A stretch of DNA of 64,000 nt from Blasia pusilla (Eukaryota). Below, piece by piece: positions 25,450 to 39,340 of this stretch. The notes under the pieces are model-generated. The model had not been told where the DNA came from and searched no databases. It worked only from the letters and a program-made list of their open reading frames with translations. Made by a program: the position numbers and the translations under genes. The stretch lies in NCBI GenBank assembly GCA_050084515.1, contig CM114271.1, forward strand, positions 49,228,001 through 49,292,000. Reading direction: 5' to 3'. The first letter of the stretch is position 1, and each line of letters begins with the position of its first letter.

Positions 25450-27300
25450 CAACATGAATCCTCACAAGTTAGATTTTCTCAACCTCCTAAACTCAAGATT
25501 AGCCTTGTGTCCCCATCTCATGGCATGGACCTCCAAATTTCCCAAATGTTCCTCAAAAATTTTATCTCGTTTCTATTACTCATTGCATGTTATTAACCCT
25601 TTTCACTACCAACTAATATCCATGATTAGACATAAACTTAATGTGGTAGCCTACTTGATCATTGTGCATGTAGAAATGTAAACTAGAAATTCTTTTTTCT
25701 ATAATTTTCAATAATTCCTCTATGGTTTATGAATACATAGCCTAACACATGTTATGGATTAACAAATACAAATCCACACTCCATAGTAGTAAAATTAGGG
25801 ACCGAGCTTCTCGATCAATTTTTTTTTTTTTCTCAATAAAGGTTTTTTGGGAAACCAAGATAGTTTTTGATTTTGAAGGCCAAGAATGCATTCACTAATC
25901 TAACGTGTGGATGATAGTTTTCTCTTGTATCCTCCATCCCTTCTAGATAACTAGAGAATAGGAAAAAGTTATCCACATAAATTGAAATGGCCATAAAGGA
26001 GTATTTTCATAAGTGAAAGTAAATTCCGGAGAGAAAAGGACTCTTCATTTAATTTAACCATAAAAACTCATCAATTTTCCAGTACCATGTGCATTTTTTA
26101 ACCCATGAATTGATTTCTTGAGAAGTAGAACCTTTCCTTCCTCCCCTTTCTCAACTAAACACTTAGAATGCTCCCTTAAGATTTCCTCTAAATCGAGTGA
26201 ATCTCAAAGTCATAGACTAATCATATTGCTAAAAACTACATTGTTGGTGAAGATTGATGAGGGGAAAAAGTATACTTGAAATTAATCCCTCCATTTAGTT
26301 ATATGCCTTTGTTACAAGTCTTCCTTTGACTTTTTCTAATTAACCATTATAATACTTTTCTTGATCTAAAAAACCCATTTACAACTAATGGGCTTCCATC
26401 CTTCAAGTAAATATGGATCTCTTGTTCCTGAGAAAGGAACAAGAGATCCATGCTCAATTTTTTTTGCTTCTTCCTACTCTTTTCAGTGCTTACCTTTTGA
26501 GAATTTTTCTATACTAAAATTTTTAATTCTTTAATATTGGAAATGGAAGCACTAATAAAAGAAAAACATTTAAACCTTACTTGATTCTTCTTGAATCTCT
26601 TTTGTTTCCTTCTTCTTCCTCATGGTAAAAGAGTGCTCTTGAAGATTTTCTTGGTAGTTGTGACCATCTCTCTCCAAATGAGACACATCTTAAACATTGT
26701 GTTCTTTAGAACATATTTTTATTCATTGGTGCCTTCATATTAATTCTTGGGAAAGGCAAAGTTGGAAATATATCTCCTTGAGTTGGAGTAAAATACGGTT
26801 TCTTTTGAAGCTTTGCAAGGATTTGAAATATCATTAGATAGATTATATATCACATCTCTTTAGTTTCATGCTCTCTGGGTAATAGGATCATAACTTTGTA
26901 GGACCTTGGTCTATGATGATATCTTAAACAAGTAGTTTTACTCTTTGGTTCCTATATGGTAGAATTCTCTCGTGGCATCCAAACCTAACATTCACATCCA
27001 AAACAATGAAAATGGGCCAATAAAGGGGGCTTATGGGACTTCTATTTCTTGCCTAAATGTATATGCCTATGTGGATTTTGTGAAAACTGTACTATTGAAA
27101 AAATCTCACAAGTACATGGGATACTCTTGGTGTAATTTCTCTCTTAGTAAATATTCCATTTTTGAGATTTATTACAATTCCAAGATATTATAAAATAGGA
27201 AGTGTCGACTTCTTTCGGTGCTTTTACCCCTAAGATTATAATTAAAATCTATACAACCTCATTAGGTATAGCATTGGTTGTGGCATCATCCAAAATAGTT
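25450..27300 (-). pseudogene. Possible very degraded hAT (ZMYM1/DUF4371-type) transposase remnant
   Basis: Stop-ridden minus-strand peptides such as IIDQGPTK and NEESFSLRNLLSLMKIL resemble the GP.QP and DES...GNFLELL motifs of these transposases. Confidence 0.35.
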
Positions 27301-27426
27301 ATTCTATTGTTAGATGGAGGACAAACAACAAATTCACACTTCAATATTCAAATGAAGGTTCATGAGACTTCTATATGTGAGTAATCATTTCTCAAATATT
27401 ATATCGTTTTGTGATTTATATCTTGT

Positions 27427-28240
27427 TGTGAATACACATCGCTACACAACCCACATTGCTGGTCACATCTACACACCACACAACACCGATCTTTCCCAAC
27501 ATATGGGTAGATCTAGACATAAAAAAAATACACACGAATATACACCGAGACCCCACAACCAACATCACAAGTAGTAAAAATGGCTCACTTGGCCCAAAAC
27601 TCCACTCTACATCGGCATATCGAACCACATCCACCCTCTACTATGAGGGAATCCGGATGATAGCACCCTAACTCCTACACACCCACACATGTCTATGCAA
27701 GAGAGGCGCTCCTAAGGCTCAACCTGAGAAAGATGGGTTGAGAAAGCCATCTTTCCCACTCTTATATCTCTACGAAGAGCCAAAAAGTTCTTCCCCCAAA
27801 AATAACCCTACCAATGGTAACCTTCGTGCACACCTTATCGGGTGACTGTTGACTCGGTCAATGGCTTATTCATCGGACTAAAAAAAAAAGGAAATTGCCA
27901 TAAAAACGTTCCCGACATAACTGACCTGTCACCAACCTCATCTGACATCTTAGGACAAAGTTACACTTGAACAACCTGCTGACTCTCTATACCATCGTCA
28001 CGATAGAACTCCACCTACGTCAAAATAAGTTGTGATAGTTGTCCTGCGTATACACATCGCTACACAATCCACATCCCTAGTTACATCTACACACCACACA
28101 ACACCGATCTTCCTCCACATACGGGTAGATCCATATATAAACAAAATATACTCACACATATACACCGAGATCCCAAAACCGCCCCTAGTTGGCAGTTGGG
28201 TCCCCCTATTTCCACATAGTAAAAATCTATGTACTTGACA
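27427..28240. repeat. Two diverged direct copies of an LTR-like sequence
   Basis: atacacatcgctacacaa...ctacacaccacacaacaccgatctt...tatacaccgaga at about 27432-27560 and 28050-28180. An inverted homolog lies at about 38235-38351. Confidence 0.7.
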
Positions 28241-28598
28241 TGATCTACTATCGTATACACATCTAGCACAATCCGTGGAGTCATCCCCGCAACACTGCCA
28301 CACTGCAGCAATCCGTCGTGTTGATCCCTCCGAAGATATCTAACACTCTCGTACCCTGCTCCAAACATCGGCACGGCTCGTGCCTACCTCAGGACCTCGT
28401 CTGCACTCCACGCATCTCAACGCTCATCCCCAACAACGTTAAGGAAGCTCCGCATCATGGGAAGAGACACCCATCCTAGCATATCTCTCTATAGGACTAT
28501 CCGCTACAAAATGTCCTCTGCATGTATGCTCCTCTTCTCGAACCCTCCTGATTGGCGAACACCACCTTTGAATGTTGCCAACGTGGTCACCATATCCT

Positions 28599-31500
28599 TG
28601 TGAAAAATTGCTAAACAAGCATAACTAGTGGAAAACGGCTGACACACACACACCACCATGGAGAATAAAACTTGCAATGAGAGAATGAGTAGAGGCTGGT
28701 CCTCTTCTCAATTATATAGGGTATGTACAAGCAACCCTAACCCTATCCTTAACCATTGTCTCGAGTTAGACTAATTGGGATTAACTAACCCTAGTTAGGA
28801 TAATCCTGCTTAACTGACTAACCAAGATTAAGCTTCTCTAGTTCGTGTGAGTACCAAATATAGCAGTTCAGGTGTCTTATGAGCTTGATTGTAACTCAAT
28901 CTTAAATATTTCCCCTCAAGCTCATATCAATATCTCTAACGCCTAAATCCTTTCTAAACATCTCAAACTTATCTCTAGAAAATGCCTTTGTAAAGATGTT
29001 AGCAATTTGCTGATCTGTATCTATATACACAAAACCAATTTCTTGTGCAAGCACTTTCTCTCTGATAAAATGATAGTGCACCTCTACATGCTCTGTACGA
29101 GCATGAAACACAAGGTTATTAGCAAGCTTGATGCTACTAATATTGTCTACATCTATTACACTAGGTCCTAAGTTACTAACACCAATCTCAACAAGTAATC
29201 GATGAAGCCATACCGCCTCACATGCTACATTGGTTGCTCCTCTATACTCAGCCTCTGTTGAAGATAAAATAAATTTAGGTTGCTTCTTTGAAGTCCAACT
29301 TATAGGTGCGCTTCCCAAAGTAAATGAATAACCAGATGTGGAGTATTGATCAGACACGCTTCCTGCCCAATTTACATCTGTGAATCCCTGTAATTGAAAA
29401 CTCGGAGAAGATACAAATTGAAGCCCGAATTTAATAGAGAATTTCATATACCGCATAATCCTCCTCACAGCATCAAGGTGAGGTTTTTGAGGTGCTTGCA
29501 TAAATTGGCTCACTAGGCCAACAGTATAGCTCAAATCTGGTCTAGTTATAGTTAGATAGATCAAACTTCCAACCATGTGCCTGTACATATTAGAATTTGC
29601 AAGCAGCTCTCCTTCATCCACTCTTACCTTCACGCTCTGATCCAACCGTGTAGAGATTGGCTTACAAGCCGTCATACCATATTTTGAAAGCATATGAAGA
29701 GCATATTATCGTCGTAGTAACCACATGCTCTCTCCAACCTTGATAAACTCAATACCAAGGAAGTACTTGAGTTCTCCCAAGTCCTTCATATCAAATTCTG
29801 CTTGTAACCTAAGTTTGACTTCTTGTACCATTTCTTTAGTACTCCCAATAATCAAGAGATTGTCAACATACAACACAATGAGAACTGTATGATCTTGTCT
29901 TCACAAGACATATAAGGAGGAGTCAGAATCACATATCCTAAAACCCAACTCTTGTAGAACGTATGTAATCTTGCCATACCAAGCTCTTGGAGCTTATTTG
30001 AGTCCGTATAGAGCTTTCTTCAACCTGTATACGCGAAATGGAAACTTGGGATGCTCTCGTATCCAGGTGGTTGAGTCATATATACCTCCTCGTATAGATC
30101 TCCATTCAAGAAGGCATTCTTGACGTCTATGTGATGTAATCTCCACTTCTTACTTACTGCAACTGCAACCACTATTCTCGTAGTTGCCATCTTTGCAACA
30201 GGGCTAAATCTTTCCTCATAATAGATACCATATTGTTGTGCATAGCCCTTAGCCACCAATCTCGCTTTGTATTTGTTAATTACACCATTTTGATTGCGCT
30301 TGATTTTGTAAACCCATTTGCAACCAATAGCTTCCTTACCGGAAGGTATATCAACTAGCTCCCATGTTTGTTGATGTCTTAATGCAGCAAGCTCTGTCTC
30401 CGTAGCTTCAATCCATTCGGCTTTACTCGCAACTTCTTCAAAACAACTCGACTCCTTCTCTTGAAGGGTAGTCATCATATATGCATGACGTGTCGCAAGG
30501 AAACCTTCATTTATGAATCTATGAACTGGATGTGTAACTCTACTTGATCTACGAAGTTGTTGTTGAGAGGTAGATGCCTCTGACACCTGACTCGAACTCT
30601 AGCTAGTGTCAACAGACTGAATATATACTCTTCCCGTCCATGGACTCATAGATTTAACTGATAAATCTAGGATCTCTCCTAATCTTGCACTAGTACTTGG
30701 GGAAGTTGAAGACAATGTCTGTTGGTTTATAGTCATATTCTCCCCCTCAACAGACAAGTTTAGAGGTGGAATAGGCTCAGATGGAGCATACCATGACTTT
30801 AGCTCATCAAAGATAACATCCCGACTAATAATAAGCTGCCTAGAGGATGGAATGTAACACTTATACCCCTTAGTTCCATCAACATAGCTAATAAAGATAC
30901 ATCTTTCAGACTTGGGGTCTAATTTCTGACGTCTTTCAGAAGGAACATGAGTATAGCAGATACAGCCAAATACTTTCAAAAAGGAAAAATCAGGTTTACT
31001 TCCTGTGAAGACTTTGAATGAAGTTTTATCATGAATTCGTGATGTTGGAGTTTGGTTGATCAAGAAGACTGCACATGCTACATGCTCTTCCCAATACACC
31101 TTAGGCATATTTTTCTCATTCAAAGATAGCTCGTCCGCTTTCAAACAATATGTCGATTCTTCCTCTCAACCACTCCATTTTGTTGTGGAGTGTAACGGCA
31201 AGTCATTTGACATTGGATGCCATTATGACGTAAATAGTCATCAAACTCTGTTAAAAGATACTCTCCTCCTCCATCATAATGCAATTTCAGAATGTGTTGT
31301 CTAATCTGCTTCTCTACTAGAACTCTGAATATTTGGAATATTGAGAATACCTCTAACTTGCTTTCAAAAAGTATACCCATATATACCTAGAGAAGTCATC
31401 AATAAATGAAACAAAGTAGTGGAAACCACTAAGGTTGTCCACACACCACTGTGGATCAATTCCAATATCTTGGATGCTCTTCTACCTTGCTTTGGAAAAG

Positions 31501-33897
31501 GAAATCTAGCTTGTTTTCCAAATTGGCAAGCAGGATATACCTCTAATATAGCAGTACCCGCTAATTTAGGGAGTCTTATTACTATATTAGATGATGAAAG
31601 ACTCTGTAATCTTTGAAGATTCATATGTCCAATTCTTTTATGTGACACATTTAGATCTGTGATTTGTTGGCCGGTTTGACCATACATTGTTGTTTGAATC
31701 TCTGGCATAGAAACATCTAATTTGAATATTCTGCCATATCTAGTTCCTTAAGCTATCGTAGTTTGGTCATTCATTATTTCAATGAAATAACCATTTGCGT
31801 TTAACTTCACTTGATAATCGTGTTCTATTATCTGTCCTACAGAGATCAGATTTCTTGTAATAGTAGGAACATAGAGAACATTTTGAAGAGCACAAAGACC
31901 ATCTGATGTTATTGGAACTTTACCGGTATGCGTGATATGATATTGAGTGTCATCTCCTATGAGCACAATTACAGGATCTTTCACGGCTCCAAACTACCAA
32001 ACTATTTCACTTGTGAGGTCATGTGATTTGATGCACCGGAGTCAATGTACCAATCTACTGTCGAGTCTTTCTTGTCCATTGCTCCCATATGATGAGTCAT
32101 GACCAAGAGATGCTCCGTTTGTGAATGTTGTTGTTCTTGGTACTGCTCTTGGTATTGTTGCTCCACATAGTTTTGTTGCTGTAAGGCTCATGTTCTAAAA
32201 TCTGCTTTCTTCTTGAAGCAAAAATTTGCATAGTGACCCTTTATCCCATAGTAATTGCAAGATCCAGGGACCCTTTGTTGTTGACCTCGATCCCAACGGT
32301 TTCCACCATCACCACCTTGTGATTGTGTGTGGTACTGGTTCGTAGTTGATTGAGTGGCGTTATATTGAGTGCCTCTTCCTCCATATGCTTGATATGCATC
32401 ATGACCACGGAAGTTTTTGCCACGATCCTTGCCTCTATTTGATCCATAACCTGCAAATAGCGCACTCTCTGTAAATTAAACGAGCTAGCGCTGCCTACCA
32501 GGCGCATCTCTTCACAGATCAACAGAGGAACTAACTCTTGAAAGGTTAGATACTTCTTTCTCACAGAGATAGAGGTCTCAAAGGACTTGTAATCCCTTGA
32601 AAGACCTTGAAGAGTGAATAAAATAAGATCATCATCTTCTACTATCATTCCAATGCTATTCAACTGATCAACAATATGTCTGATATTCAAAATTTAATCA
32701 TTGATGCTCTGCGATCCTTTCCTCACTTCATTCAATTGCTGTTTCAATTGAAGCTTTCTGGCCTTTGTAGATGTTTGGAATAGCTTTTCCAATGCATCCC
32801 AGATCTCCTTCGGAATATCAACATCTTGGATGTAACCTATCATTGGCGAACTGATCATTATTGAAATGTAGTGGATTACTTGTCTTGTGCGTTTGTTCCA
32901 AGCGTGAACATTCAAGTCTCTTGAGTCACCTTCTGGCTTGGTCTCATCACCTGTGACAAGCTCCCATAGTTCTTGATCCATGAGAAATTGTTTCATGCAA
33001 AACTTCTACACATTGTAATTCTGCTTGTCTAGCTTCTCGCTTGTGATTGCTATTGAGGAATACTCCATGATAAACGATTTCACTCACAAAAAACATAATT
33101 TCAGGCTTTCTACTGCTCCAATTGAAGCATAGACCACTCCTACATAAAAATCGACCTGAAATTTGCCAAAATTTATCAACTGTATGAAAGAACTAGTCGA
33201 AATTGGCTTGTAGAGAGCAAACTGCACAACTTTTCTTCATTTATTGCACTTTCCTACATTGAAATTGATGCTACAAGAGCTCAGAGTATTAGAATCGAGC
33301 GATTTTGGGTGCGCTAGAAAGCTCTCGACGAGCTCTACCAGAAGGCTAGAACCCTCTTTCATCATCATTCTAGCCGAAGTGGACCCAAACGGCTGAATCG
33401 ACCGAGAAAGCCCTAAAAAATGCCTTTAAAGTTTTATCACCGTCAAAGTTCCACCTGAAATTTGCACCCACTAAGCTCTGAAGAAAATTTCCTTCTTCCA
33501 AATTGAAATTGTGCCTTCTCTTGCCTCTCTTCTCTCTTCAAACACAAAGAATTTTAAGTGATGTTCTCTTGCCGCCCTGATACCATGTGGAAAACTGCTA
33601 AACAAGTATAATTGATGGAAAACGACTCTCTCACACACACACCACCATGGAGAACAAAATTTTCAATGAGAGAATGAGTGGAGGCTGGTCCTCTTCTCAA
33701 TTATATAGGGTATGTACAAACAACCCTAACCCTACCCTTAATCATTGTCTCGAGTTAGACTAACTGGGATTAACTAACCATAGTTAGGATAATCGTGCTT
33801 AACTGACTCACCAAGATTAAGCTTCCCTACTTTGTGTGAGTACCAAATGTAGCAGTTCAGGTGTCTCATGAGCTTGACTGTAAGTCAATCTTCAATA
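28599..33897 (-). mobile_element. Ty1/Copia LTR retrotransposon (copy B), full length but degenerate
   Basis: LTRs 28599-28908 and 33586-33897 (roughly 90% identical by eye). TSD ATCCT on both sides. PBS tggtatcagggc (33574-33585) and PPT at 28909. gag, WYIDSGASNH protease, integrase, RT and RNaseH fragments with many stops. Confidence 0.97.
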
Positions 33898-36800
33898 ATC
33901 CTCACGTGGTCGACCACCACTACTCCCTGCAAACAACATCGGTAGATGGCTCACCTGTTCATCACATGATCGCCACCCTGGCCGATAAGAAACAGTCTCC
34001 TCCCAAAAATCCAGAATAAACCCAAGGGGATACAACACCATACTCCCTACCAACACATCATATGACTGTGCCGATGTCGTAATCGCCCAAGTGCACACCA
34101 TTGCACTATCCGACTCATGCTCTAGCTTGAGTCTAACCATCAACTCTTGTCAAGTCATGTACTACGTGGGTGATACACCCCTAATAGAGGTCTCTATCTG
34201 AAAGGGACAACGCTCGATGTTGCCTTTCCGTAATCTCAACGCCCAACATGTCGCCTTCCCTAACAAGGGTTGCGCTCTCGAATCAAGTAGGACGCGTTGT
34301 AGCTGATACACCGTACTTATGGGACTAACCAAGCAAAAAACTCTTGCTCGGTTATTCAATAATACCACATCCGGTGTGATCATGGCTCAATCTATTACCG
34401 ACCTAGATGACATATCTACCAACTTTGCCGCCGCAGCATGCCATGACTTAGTGGGAGACATCTTGAGCACCTGCTCTGAGGGCAAGTCGATTACCTCCTC
34501 AACTACCTCTAAACAAGAGGCATTCACCTCTCCACGCTCATACAACATGGCGGCCCGCTGGAACACCTCCGCTGGTCCAACTCCCAACGTCACCAACTCC
34601 ATGGCGGAAAACAATAGAGTTTGACTCATCCTAGTGCCCACCTCCAACAACATGGTCAACATTGGCTCCTCTCGAGCTGGCATAGGAATCGTCTCTCCAA
34701 CTCCTCGTAATGTCGATGCACCTGTCTCACCCGTGGGTACTACCGGTTGTGAAGGCACCATCAACGGTGTATGAAGTGCCTCCGACAATGTGAACGAGTG
34801 GAAAACCTTGGCCTTCCGCCCATCGGTCCCTTCTTGTGGGTCAATCTCAACCCCACCTCTTGATGGCTCGATTACTCTTGCAGCACCATGAGTCACCACC
34901 TCAATAACCTCAACCTGAACCACACTACACATAAATCCCATCCCCGTAGAATCCTCACCAACATCGTGGTAAGAACTAGAGGTGCCTCACTAGCTACTCT
35001 CAGCTCCAGACTTGCCTGTAGTTGCATCATCGTCATGGCATCAATCCTCTTCTCCAACTGACCGATGCGCATAAGGAGGGTTGCATCGGGTGCACGTCCT
35101 CCATCTCCTATGATTGGTCATGGCACTCTGCCACTACGATCATCCACCAACTCTCTTGCCCCAAAGTCCTCTGCCTACTTCTACACGTATCTCCCAACGA
35201 AGATCATAACACCTATCCCTAGTGTTATCATATTGATGACAATGAACACACTACAACTGTGGTGGGGCCATCCTCTGTGGCTCCTGAGCATTCGGAGGTG
35301 CCTGTGGCCCTCTCCCATACTATGGGCAATCCCTCTGCCTATATGATCCACCACACGTCCAACAAGCCAACCCTTGTCCCTATTGGGAAACATATGTCGG
35401 TACAAGCCATTGCATCATCGGCTTACAATACCCACCCTGCTCTCTAGGCCCATCGGCCCGCTCCCGTGGTACTGGTGCATGCTAGGACACATGTGGGTCT
35501 ACTCCTACTCGTCAACCCGTCGAGTCCCCCAAAAATCCTGTGGTTATATGCTCCTCACTCATGTTGAGCTCTACCCACTCACACAACTCGAAGACCACCT
35601 TCAATGTGGGCTTCTCCGTATGAAGCAACATCGTATCCCAAACTCTCATTTGCAGCTCCTCGTCCAACACCCCGTACCAATACTAACTGACTGTCTCTCA
35701 ATCACCCCATATGTCGCAACGATCAACTTTCGCTTGTGCGTGAACGCCTCCCTTAGACTCTCACCCAATCTCCGCTGAAAATCCTGTAGACTCTTCAGCT
35801 TTTCGGTCCATATGCCTTGGTAGCTCCTCCCCAACTGTCGGAAGAACTCCATTGTAGGACTCAAACTGGATGGTCCTCTACCACGAGAGGTCTCTGCCAC
35901 CTCACCACTCTCACTGCCATGCTCCCTATCTAGTCCCTGGGTTGATGGTGTAGGTCTCTCCGCTCTTACTATCCCATCATACGCCTCGCGGCCTCGCTTG
36001 CGGCTACTAGTGGACACATACCTTGGAGCCTAATACACCCTCCAAGAATTGATCTCTACAGAGTATAGAGATCAAAACTCCATGTAAATATTCATCTGCG
36101 GACCCTCCAAGTGTTGGAAAAATCCCATCCATGCCATAAAAGGGTTGAACCGTGTAGGGGTCCGTATCTCTTGGAAGTCGTATGATGTGTCAAACTCCTG
36201 GATGAAATCCTCAAGATCTATGGTGCCTACCGCACCCAAGAAATGACGCATGCCCCGGCGGCCCATGTCGTCCATCTCTCTCCACGTATCACCATCCCCG
36301 TTTGAGATCTCGTCACCAGACCCGCTGTCTAGTAATGACAATCCAACCATGCATGGGAGTCCGCATGGTTCCTCACTCAAAACCCCTCAATACCTCACAC
36401 CACTCTGTGTCACTTCACTACCACTACTCGTACTACCCCGTTCTTAAGAACCATGGAAGAACGCCGTGATGATAACCCTATCTCATCCGCTCAAGCACTC
36501 AGACTCACCAAGAGTCCTTCACACTCCTCACTAGCTAACCTATGCTAATGGTGATCCCGTGACAACACACCCAACCTCACGCAACACTCGGGCTCACCAT
36601 GAGCCTCCCAAATAACTCACCTAAGTGACAAACATACTCTCGGGTCATACACACGACCCCAACTCGGCAACTGCCGTTTATCCACCAACATGCTACACAT
36701 GAAAGGAGTCTACACTCGTCACCATTGCTACACCCATCTACCACCAGAAACTACCCGATACCTAGCACTCCCTCAATGACATGAGACAAGTGCAGGAAAA

Positions 36801-37560
36801 GGGACTTGAATAGGGAACCTGAACACGCCCTCCAACCTACAACAATGTCAACACTCACTCCTCCATCTGGTGCGGCAACCTCCGTAGCACGACACTCTCC
36901 TCAACCAACACGTCAAACCTTCTGTCAACAAATGCAGACTACCCGCCGCCATCAACACGTGCGTCCCCACCTCTAGCACTCCGTCGTGAACTCTCGGCAT
37001 AGATCACAATCTCACCATCAATCGAGGCTGAGAGCATTAAGTCTCTACATCCCGAATCGTTAAACACCTACCACTCAACTCTGAAAACTCCAACACACGC
37101 CCACTCAATCACGTAGCTATGGTACCACCTAGCTCTGGTGAACCCATCCAACCTGCTCTTTACCACGTCATCCAACCTACCACGTTAAATCTTGACCACG
37201 TAAAAATTTGACCAAGTAGCTGCTCAACCACGTCTGACCTACAACCACACCAACATGGCTACCACATCCAACACCATAGTCCAACCTACTTCATCCTACA
37301 AACTACCACGGCATCCTACTTTGCCCGTCTTTGCACGTTAGCCCCAATCTCTTATGCTCTTTCTGGCCTTCAAGTCCCGAACTCCCGCTACGCAAATTTT
37401 GGTACTCAACTTCGTCCAATGTCTAGTACTCTCCACGGGCCTCATGCCCTATGCAGCCCCGCCTGACCCCTCGGTAGCCTCTACCCGCTTGGGCACGATG
37501 CCCTATGTGGGTGGACCTCCCAAACTTGCCCTCGTCCAGCCCCATACACTCTGCACCAAG
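33898..37560 (-). mobile_element. Degenerate retroelement (Gypsy-like gag + aspartic protease) hosting Copia B; continues at about 28040-28598
   Basis: gag-like RHFLGAVGTIDLEDFIQEFD and EKLKSLQDFQRRLGESLREAF. Protease-like VLLDSRAQPLLG...SYDVLVG. Copia B TSD joins the two halves. Confidence 0.65.
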
Positions 37561-37934
37561 GTTTGAGGAGGTTTTTTTAGAAATATCGGGCCACTACTAG
37601 TGTTATTCATATTTTATCGGAAGTTAATATTTGGTGCCAGTTGTAGATGGGAGGTTTTTAACTTTCCGACTACCTTTGTGGAAATTAAATTTCTTGTCAG
37701 TAAAAATCCAAAAAAAAATTCCTCCTCTCCTTATTTCTGGGTTTTTTCTCCCCATTCTGGCCAATTTTTGGCATAACTTTGTGAAGCCAGCCAAAAACCA
37801 GCTACGCCTAATTGTCCCAACAAAAATTCCACTAACTCCTTCCATCCTCTAGACCTCTAAAATGCTAAAACCTAAAGTCTGATATCAAATTCTTCCCCTG
37901 AACTAAACTTGCAATCAAACATACAATCTTCTAA

Positions 37935-38351
37935 TGTATTAAAAAAGTCATCCTTGGCAGGAGTTGAACATGACAAAACTCCCACCAGTTGGGAGCCAAG
38001 GATTCTACCCCTCTTGAATACTTGGAGCAATGAGGCTCCAAGTATTAAGAAGGATATTTTCAATGTGAGTTTTCCATATGTGTAGGCCAAATTGGGGAAC
38101 CTTCATATGTTCAAGTCCAAAGGGAGGACTTGCAAAAGCCTTTGTCTAAAGTAGTGTGAATTTATAGATGAAATAGACAACCAAGTCATGAACTCATTTA
38201 AAAAAAGTTTATTGCCAACCATCCCAATCCCACTTGGGAGTGGTTGTGTGGTCTTGATGTATATGTGTGACTGTATTTTGATTTTGAGTGGATCGAATCG
38301 TGTGTTAGGAAGATTGGTGTTGCGTGGTGTGGATTGTATATGCACATAACA
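37935..38351 (-). repeat. Diverged LTR-like element related to the 27.4/28.05 kb repeats
   Basis: Minus strand reads tgttatgtgcatatacaatccacaccacgcaacaccaatctt... and ends in CA. No TSD found. Confidence 0.45.
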
Positions 38352-39340
38352 CTTGCCTCCAAAATAATCAAACTCAAGGGTTGGGTTCCATTTACCCATA
38401 AATTTGGCATGATTTGATTCATATTAGACACATCAAATCAAGTCCTATGTCCACTTCAAATACAATCTTTTTGTATGAGGTAAAGTTCATATACGACTAT
38501 TTTAAGAGGGGTTTCAGTTGGGTTACCAGAAATAAATTACGGTATAGTAGGTTAGATGGAAATGGAGATTATATTCAAATTTTGACAGAAAAAAATATTT
38601 CTAGTCTGTAAGAGAAATTTCATTTTCGTAGGAATCACGGCATGCTAATTAGTTATTCAAAATCCGATCAGAGAAAATCGAGCGCCGAACACATATGACC
38701 AGAACAGAAGTAATTCCAAATTGGAGTAATTGAAATCCTGGAGTTTCACCTATCCTGTCCTAATTCCTCGGGAGTAAAGGAAGCACATGTCTGTTCTTCT
38801 CCTGACTAGACATGTATCTTAAAACTTCGGAGAGTAGAAATCTAATCATTCACATCGGTCTTCAATGAGATCTACGTCCCCCATAAGGCCAAAGACGTGT
38901 TGATGTCAATTATGCACACCTCTCCATTTTCACCTCTTCACAGGAGCACGATTAAACCGAACCAGGAAGGAGAATCTGCTGGAAGCGACGAACCTACACA
39001 CAAAAACTAATCCTAAATTTGTGGAAAGAGAAGAAGAGGGCCCTGGTGGTTGATAGAAATAACAATCACATTCAAATGAGATGCAGAGAAAAGCAGAAGT
39101 CTACGAGATGTGTGCCCAAATTTCACACGCACTTTCAATTCGGAACAGCTTAAAGTGCAATTCGCAATTTATACAGGATTTGGATTACTTTCCAATCCAC
39201 ATGAGACACGCTTGCCTGAGTGCAATATTCGCTCGTCTCCATTAATCCCACACCATGGCGATCTATTTTCGAGAACGTTGAAGTTAAATACAGGTTTAAT
39301 CAATGGTTTGCAAGGATAATCGGGGGTATACTCCCCATGA

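Noticed and set aside
28733-28745. aaccctaaccct telomere-like motif
   Set aside because: Two imperfect units inside the Copia B LTR, not an interstitial telomere array.
37592-37720. CACTA-like terminus (cactactag...)
   Set aside because: No partner end, TSD or transposase found.
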